From Eledone cirrhosa (Eukaryota): a stretch of DNA of 64,000 nt. The stretch spans positions 17,298,001 to 17,362,000 of the forward strand of contig OZ024741.1 in assembly GCA_964016885.1 (NCBI GenBank). The letters run 5' to 3'. Positions 54,801 to 64,000 of the stretch are shown piece by piece. The notes beneath the pieces are model-generated. The model saw only the letters and a list, made by a program, of their open reading frames with translations, was not told the DNA's origin and searched no databases. The translations under genes and the position numbers were made by a program. Position 1 is the stretch's first letter. Each line of letters begins with the position of its first letter.

Positions 54801-57800
54801 CATACATCGACATACATAGACATACATAGACATACATAGACATATATAGATATATATAGACATATATAGACATACATAGACATACATAGACATATATAGA
54901 CATACATAGACATATATAGAGATACATAGACATACATAGACATACATAGACATACATAGACATACATAGACATATATAGATATATATAGACATATATAGA
55001 CATACATAGACATACATAGACATACATAGACATACATAGACATATATAGACATATATAGACATACATAGACATACATAGACATACATAGACATACATAGA
55101 CATACATAGACATACATAGACATATATAGACATATATAGATATACATAGACATATATAGACATATATAGACATATATAGACATATATAGACATACATAGA
55201 CATACATAAACATATATAGACATACATAGACATACATAGACATATATAGACATATATAGACATATATAGACATACATAGACATACATAGACATACATAGA
55301 CATACATAGACATACATAGACATACATAGACATACAGAGACATATATAGACATATATAGATATACATAGACATATATAGACATATATAGACATATATAGA
55401 CATACATAGACATACATAGACATACATAGATATATATAAACATACATAGACATACATAGAGATATATAGACATACATAGACATACATAGACATACATAGG
55501 CATACATAGACATATATAGACATACATAGACATACATAGACATACATAGACATATATAGATATACATAGACATACATAGACATATATAGACATATATAGA
55601 CATATATAGACATACATAGACATACATAGATATATATAGACATACATAGACATACATAGACATACATAGACATATATAGACATACATAAATATATATAGA
55701 CATACATAGACATACATAGACATACATAGACATACATAGTCACACATAGACACACATAGACATACATAGACATACATAGACATACATAGACATATATAGA
55801 TATATATAGATATATATAGACATACATAGACATATATAGACATACATAGACGTACATAGACATATGTAGATATATATAGACATATATAGACATACATAGA
55901 CATATATAGACATACATAGACATACATAGACATATATAGCCATTTATAGACATATATAGACATACATAGACATATATAGACATACATAGACATACATATA
56001 TAGATATACATAGACATATATAGACATACATCGACATACATAGACATACATAGATAGACATAGACATATATAGACATATATAGACATACATAGACATACA
56101 TAGATATACATAGACATACATAGACATACATAGACATATATAGATATATATAGACATACATCGACATACATAGACATACATAGACAAATATAGATAGACA
56201 TATATACATATATAGATATACATAGACATACATAGACATACATAGACATACATAGACGTACATAGACATACATAGACATACATAGACATATATAGACATA
56301 CATAGACATACATAGACATACATAGACATACATCAACATACATAGACATACATAGACATACATAGACATATATAGACATACATAGACATATATAGACATA
56401 CAGAGACATATATAGACATATATAGACATATATAGACATACATAGACATATATAGACATACATAGACATATATAGACATACATATACATATATAGACATA
56501 TATAGACATACATAGACATACATAGACATATATAGACATACATAGACATACATAGACATACATAGACATATATAGACATATATAGACATACATAGACATA
56601 CATAGACATACATTGACATACATAGACATGCATAGATATACATAGACATACATAGATATACATAGACATACATAGACATATATAGACATACATAGACATA
56701 CATAGACATACATAGACATACATAGACATACATAGACATACATAGACATACATAGACATACATAGACATATATAGACATACATAGACATATATAGACATA
56801 TATAGACATACATAGACATACATAGACATATATAGACATATATAGACATACATAGACATATATAGACATACATAGTCATACATAGACATATATAGACATA
56901 AATAGATATATATAGACATACATAGACATACATAGACATACATAGACATATATAGACATACATAGACATATATAGACATATATAGACATACATAGACATA
57001 CATGGACATACATAGACATATATAGACATATATAGACATACATAGACATACATAGACATACATAGACATACATAGACATACATAGACATACATAGACATA
57101 TATAGACATATATAGACATAAATAGATATATATAGACATACATAGACATACATAGACATACATAGACATATATAGATATATATAGACATATATAGACATA
57201 TATAGACATATATAGACATACATAGACATACATAGACATACATAGATATATATAAACATACATAGACATACATAGAGATATATAGACATACATAGACATA
57301 CATAGACATACATAGGCATACATAGACATATATAGACATACATAGACATACATAGACATACATAGACATATATAGACATACATAGACATACATAGACATA
57401 TATAGACATATATAGACATATATAGACATACATAGACATACATAGATATATATAGACATACATAGACATACATAGACATATATAGACATACATAAATATA
57501 TATAGACATACATAGACATACATAGACATACATAGACATACATAGTCACACATAAACACACATAGACATACATAGACATACATAGACATACATAGACATA
57601 TATAGATATATATAGACATATATAGACATACATAGACATATATAGACATACATAGACGTACATAGACATATGTAGATATATATAGACATATATAGACATA
57701 CATAGACATATATAGACATACATAGACATACATAGACATATATAGCCATTTATAGACATATATAGACATACATAGACATATATAGACATACATAGACATA

Positions 57801-60800
57801 CATATATAGTCACACATAGACACACATAGACATACATAGACATACATAGACATACATAGATAGACATAGACATATATAGACATATATAGACATACATAGA
57901 CATACATAGATATACATAGACATACATAGACATACATAGACATATATAGATATATATAGACATACATCGACATACATAGACATACATAGACAAATATAGA
58001 TAGACATATATACATATATAGATATACATAGACATACATAGACATACATAGACATACATAGACGTACATAGACATACATAGACATACATAGACATATATA
58101 GACATACATAGACATACATAGACATACATAGACATACATCAACATACATAGACATACATAGACATACATAGACATATATAGACATACATAGACATATATA
58201 GACATACAGAGACATATATAGACATATATAGACATATATAGACATACATAGACATATATAGACATACATAGACATATATAGACATACATATACATATATA
58301 GACATATATAGACATACATAGACATACATAGACATATATAGACATACATAGACATACATAGACATACATAGACATATATAGACATATATAGACATACATA
58401 GACATACATAGACATACATTGACATACATAGACATGCATAGATATACATAGACATACATAGATATACATAGACATACATAGACATATATAGACATACATA
58501 GACATACATAGACATACATAGACATACATAGACATACATAGACATACATAGACATACATAGACATATATAGACATACATAGACATATATAGACATATATA
58601 GACATACATAGACATACATAGACATATATAGACATATATAGACATACATAGACATATATAGACATACATAGTCATACATAGACATATATAGACATAAATA
58701 GATATATATAGACATACATAGACATACATAGACATACATAGACATATATAGACATACATAGACATATATAGACATATATAGACATACATAGACATACATG
58801 GACATACATAGACATATATAGACATATATAGACATACATAGACATACATAGACATACATAGACATACATAGACATACATAGACATACATAGACATATATA
58901 GACATATATAGACATATATAGACATACATTGACATACATAGATATATATAGACATACATAGACATACATAGACATACATAGACATACATAGACATATATA
59001 GACATACATAAATATATATAGACATACATAGACATACATAGACATACATAGACATACATAGTCACACATAGACACACATAGACATACATAGACATACATA
59101 GACATACATAGACATATATAGATATATATAGACATATATAGACATACATAGACACATATAGACATACATAGACGTACATAGACATATATAGATATATATA
59201 GACATATATAGACATACATAGACATATATAGACATACATAGACATACATAGACATATATAGCCATTTATAGACATATATAGACATACATAGACATATATA
59301 GACATACATAGACATACATATATAGATATACATAGACATATATAGACATACATCGACATACATAGACATACATAGATAGACATAGACATATATAAACATA
59401 TATAGACATACATAGACATACATAGATATACATAGACATACATAGATATACATAGACATATATAGATATATATAGACATACATCGACATACATAGACATA
59501 CATAGACATACATAGACATATATAGATATATATAGACATACATAGACATACATAGACATGAATAGTCATACATAGACATACATAGACATACATAGACATA
59601 CATAGACATACATAGACATATATAGACATACATAGACATACATAGACATATATAGATATACATATATAGATATACATAAATATACATAGACATATATAGA
59701 CATATATAGACATATATAGACATACATCGACATACATAGACATACATAGACATATATAGACATATATAGACACATATAGACATACATCGACATACATAGA
59801 CATACATAGACATACATAGACATATATAGACATATATAGACATATATAGATATACATAGACATATATAGACATATATAGACATATATAGACATATATAGA
59901 CATACATAGACATACATAGACATACATAGACATACATAGATATATATAAACATACATAGACATACATAGAGATATATAGACATACATAGACATACATAGA
60001 CATACATAGGCATACATAGACATATATAGACATACATAGACATACATATACATACATAGACATATATAGACATACATAGACATACATAGACATATATAGA
60101 CATATATAGACATATATAGACATACATAGACATACATAGATATATATAGACATACATAGACATACATAGACATACATAGACATATATAGACATACATAAA
60201 TATATATAGACATACATAGACATACATAGACATACATAGACATACATAGTCACACATAGACACACATAGACATACATAGACATACATAGACATACATAGA
60301 CATATATAGATATATATAGACATATATAGACATACATAGACATATATAGACATACATAGACGTACATAGACATATGTAGATATATATAGACATATATAGA
60401 CATACATAGACATATATAGACATACATAGACATACATAAACATATATAGCCATTTATAGACATATATAGACATACATAGACATATATAGACATACATAGA
60501 CATACATATATAGATATACATAGACATATATAGACATACATCGACATACATAGACATACATAGATAGACATAGACATATATAGACATATATAGACATACA
60601 TAGACATACATAGATATACATAGACATACATAGACATACATAGACATATATAGATATATATAGACATACATCGACATACATAGACATACATAGACAAATA
60701 TAGATAGACATATATACATATATAGATATACATAGACATACATAGACATACATAGACACACATAGGCGTACATAGACATACATAGACATACATAGACATA

Positions 60801-63800
60801 TATAGACATACATAGACATACATAGACATACATAGACATACATCAACATACATAGACATACATAGACATACATAGACATATATAGACATACATAGACATA
60901 TATAGACATACAGAGACATATATAGACATATATAGACATATATAGACATACATAGACATATATAGACATACATAGACATATATAGACATACATATACATA
61001 TATAGACATATATAGACATACATAGACATACATAGACATATATAGACATACATAGACATACATAGACATACATAGACATATATAGACATATATAGACATA
61101 CATAGACATACATAGACATACATTGACATACATAGACATGCATAGATATACATAGACATACATAGATATACATAGACATACATAGACATATATAGACATA
61201 CATAGACATACATAGACATACATAGACATACATAGACATACATAGACATACATAGACATATATAGACATACATAGACATATATAGACATATATAGACATA
61301 CATAGACATACATAGACATATATAGACATATATAGACATACATAGACATATATAGACATACATAGTCATACATAGACATATATAGACATAAATAGATATA
61401 TATAGACATACATAGACATACATAGACATACATAGACATATATAGACATACATAGACATATATAGACATATATAGACATACATAGACATACATGGACATA
61501 CATAGACATATATAGACATATATAGACATACATAGACATACATAGACATACATAGACATACATAGACATACATAGACATACATAGACATATATAGACATA
61601 TATAGACATATATAGACATACATAGACATACATAGATATATATAGACATACATAGACATACATAGACATACATAGACATACATAGACATATATAGACATA
61701 CATAAATATATATAGACATACATAGACATACATAGACATACATAGACATACATAGTCACACATAGACACACATAGACATACATAGACATACATAGACATA
61801 CATAGACATATATAGATATATATAGACATATATAGACATACATAGACATATATAGACATACATAGACGTACATAGACATATATAGATATATATAGACATA
61901 TATAGACATACATAGACATATATAGACATACATAGACATACATAGACATATATAGCCATTTATAGACATATATAGACATACATAGACATATATAGACATA
62001 CATAGACATACATATATAGATATACATAGACATATATAGACATACATCGACATACATAGACATACATAGATAGACATAGACATATATAGACATATATAGA
62101 CATACATAGACATACATAGATATACATAGACATACATAGACATACATAGACATATATAGATATATATAGACATACATCGACATACATAGACATACATAGA
62201 CATACATAGACATATATAGATATATATAGACATACATAGACATACATAGACATGAATAGTCATACATAGACATACATAGACATACATAGACATACATAGA
62301 CATACATAGACATATATAGACATACATAGACATACATAGACATATATAGATATACATATATAGATATACATAGATATACATAGACATATATAGACATATA
62401 TAGACATATATAGACATACATCGACATACATAGACATACATAGACATATATAGACATATATAGACACATATAGACATACATCGACATACATAGACATACA
62501 TAGACATACATAGACATATATAGACATATATAGACATATATAGATATACATAGACATATATAGACATATATAGACATATATAGACATATATAGACATACA
62601 TAGACATACATAGACATACATAGACATACATAGATATATATAAACATACATAGACATACATAGAGATATATAGACATACATAGACATACATAGACATACA
62701 TAGGCATACATAGACATATATAGACATACATAGACATACATAGACATACATAGACATATATAGACATACATAGACATACATAGACATATATAGACATATA
62801 TAGACATATATAGACATACATAGACATACATAGATATATATAGACATACATAGACATACATGGACATACATAGACATATATAGACATACATAAATATATA
62901 TAGACATACATAGACATACATAGACATACATAGACATACATAGTCACACATAGACACACATAGACATACATAGACATACATAGACATACATAGACATATA
63001 TAGATATATATAGACATATATAGACATACATAGACATATATAGACATACATAGACGTACATAGACATATGTAGATATATATAGACATATATAGACATACA
63101 TAGACATATATAGACATACATAGACATACATAGACATATATAGCCATTTATAGACATATATAGACATACATAGACATATATAGACATACATAGACATACA
63201 TATATAGATATACATAGACATATATAGACATACATCGACATACATAGACATACATAGATAGACATAGACATATATAGACATATATAGACATACATAGACA
63301 TACATAGATATACATAGACATACATAGACATACATAGACATATATAGATATATATAGACATACATCGACATACATAGACATACATAGACAAATATAGATA
63401 GACATATATACATATATAGATATACATAGACATACATAGACATACATAGACATACATAGACGTACATAGACATACATAGACATACATAGACATATATAGA
63501 CATACATAGACATACATAGACATACATAGACATACATCAACATACATAGACATACATAGACATACATAGACATATATAGACATACATAGACATATATAGA
63601 CATACAGAGACATATATAGACATATATAGACATATATAGACATACATAGACATATATAGACATACATAGACATATATAGACATACATATACATATATAGA
63701 CATATATAGACATACATAGACATACATAGACATATATAGACATACATAGACATACATAGACATACATAGACATATATAGACATATATAGACATACATAGA

Positions 63801-64000
63801 CATACATAGACATACATTGACATACATAGACATGCATAGATATACATAGACATACATAGATATACATAGACATACATAGACATATATAGACATACATAGA
63901 CATACATAGACATACATAGACATACATAGACATACATAGACATACATAGACATACATAGACATATATAGACATACATAGACATATATAGACATATATAGA
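36883..64000. repeat. 10-bp satellite (GACATAYATA)n, >27 kb, with higher-order duplications; runs off the window
   Basis: direct reading; rare variants and ORF-track breakpoints recur at fixed offsets of 2652, 6114 and 2694 bp. Confidence 0.98.

Noticed and set aside
36737-63993. Very long minus-strand ORFs (up to 2649 aa, MSMYVYVCLC repeats)
   Set aside because: The 10-mer has no stop codon on that strand, so all three frames are open; these are satellite translation artefacts.

Overview
Eukaryotic, repeat-saturated DNA with no confident host gene. The SINE and microsatellite landscape looks cephalopod (octopus-like); this is my inference. Positions 1-36.9 kb are a pile of non-LTR retroelements, each sitting in a particular microsatellite. 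They include a 5'-truncated R4/Dong-like (RLE) element in (TACA)n and a near full-length RTE LINE with one nonsense codon and three C-terminal C2H2 fingers. A Tx1/L1 copy is nested in that RTE's 5'UTR at an (ATT)n site, and an internally deleted RTE derivative follows it. A same-strand stack of five Tx1-clade insertions all end at TAGATA in a (GATA)n tract; two of these are ~5.7-kb full-length near-identical copies, one with intact ORFs. There is also a CR1-like remnant, several SINE fragments, and a cluster of Penelope-like remnants at (TA)n tracts carrying hammerhead ribozyme motifs and fold-back palindromes. From ~36.9 kb to the window end is an uninterrupted 10-bp satellite, (GACATAYATA)n, with kb-scale higher-order duplications. 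The most interesting points are: GATA-repeat-targeted Tx1 insertion; a Tx1 ORF2 that has no AUG and lies in the -1 frame behind an A_AAA_TAG; and fold-back palindromes, one centred on a hammerhead stem II.
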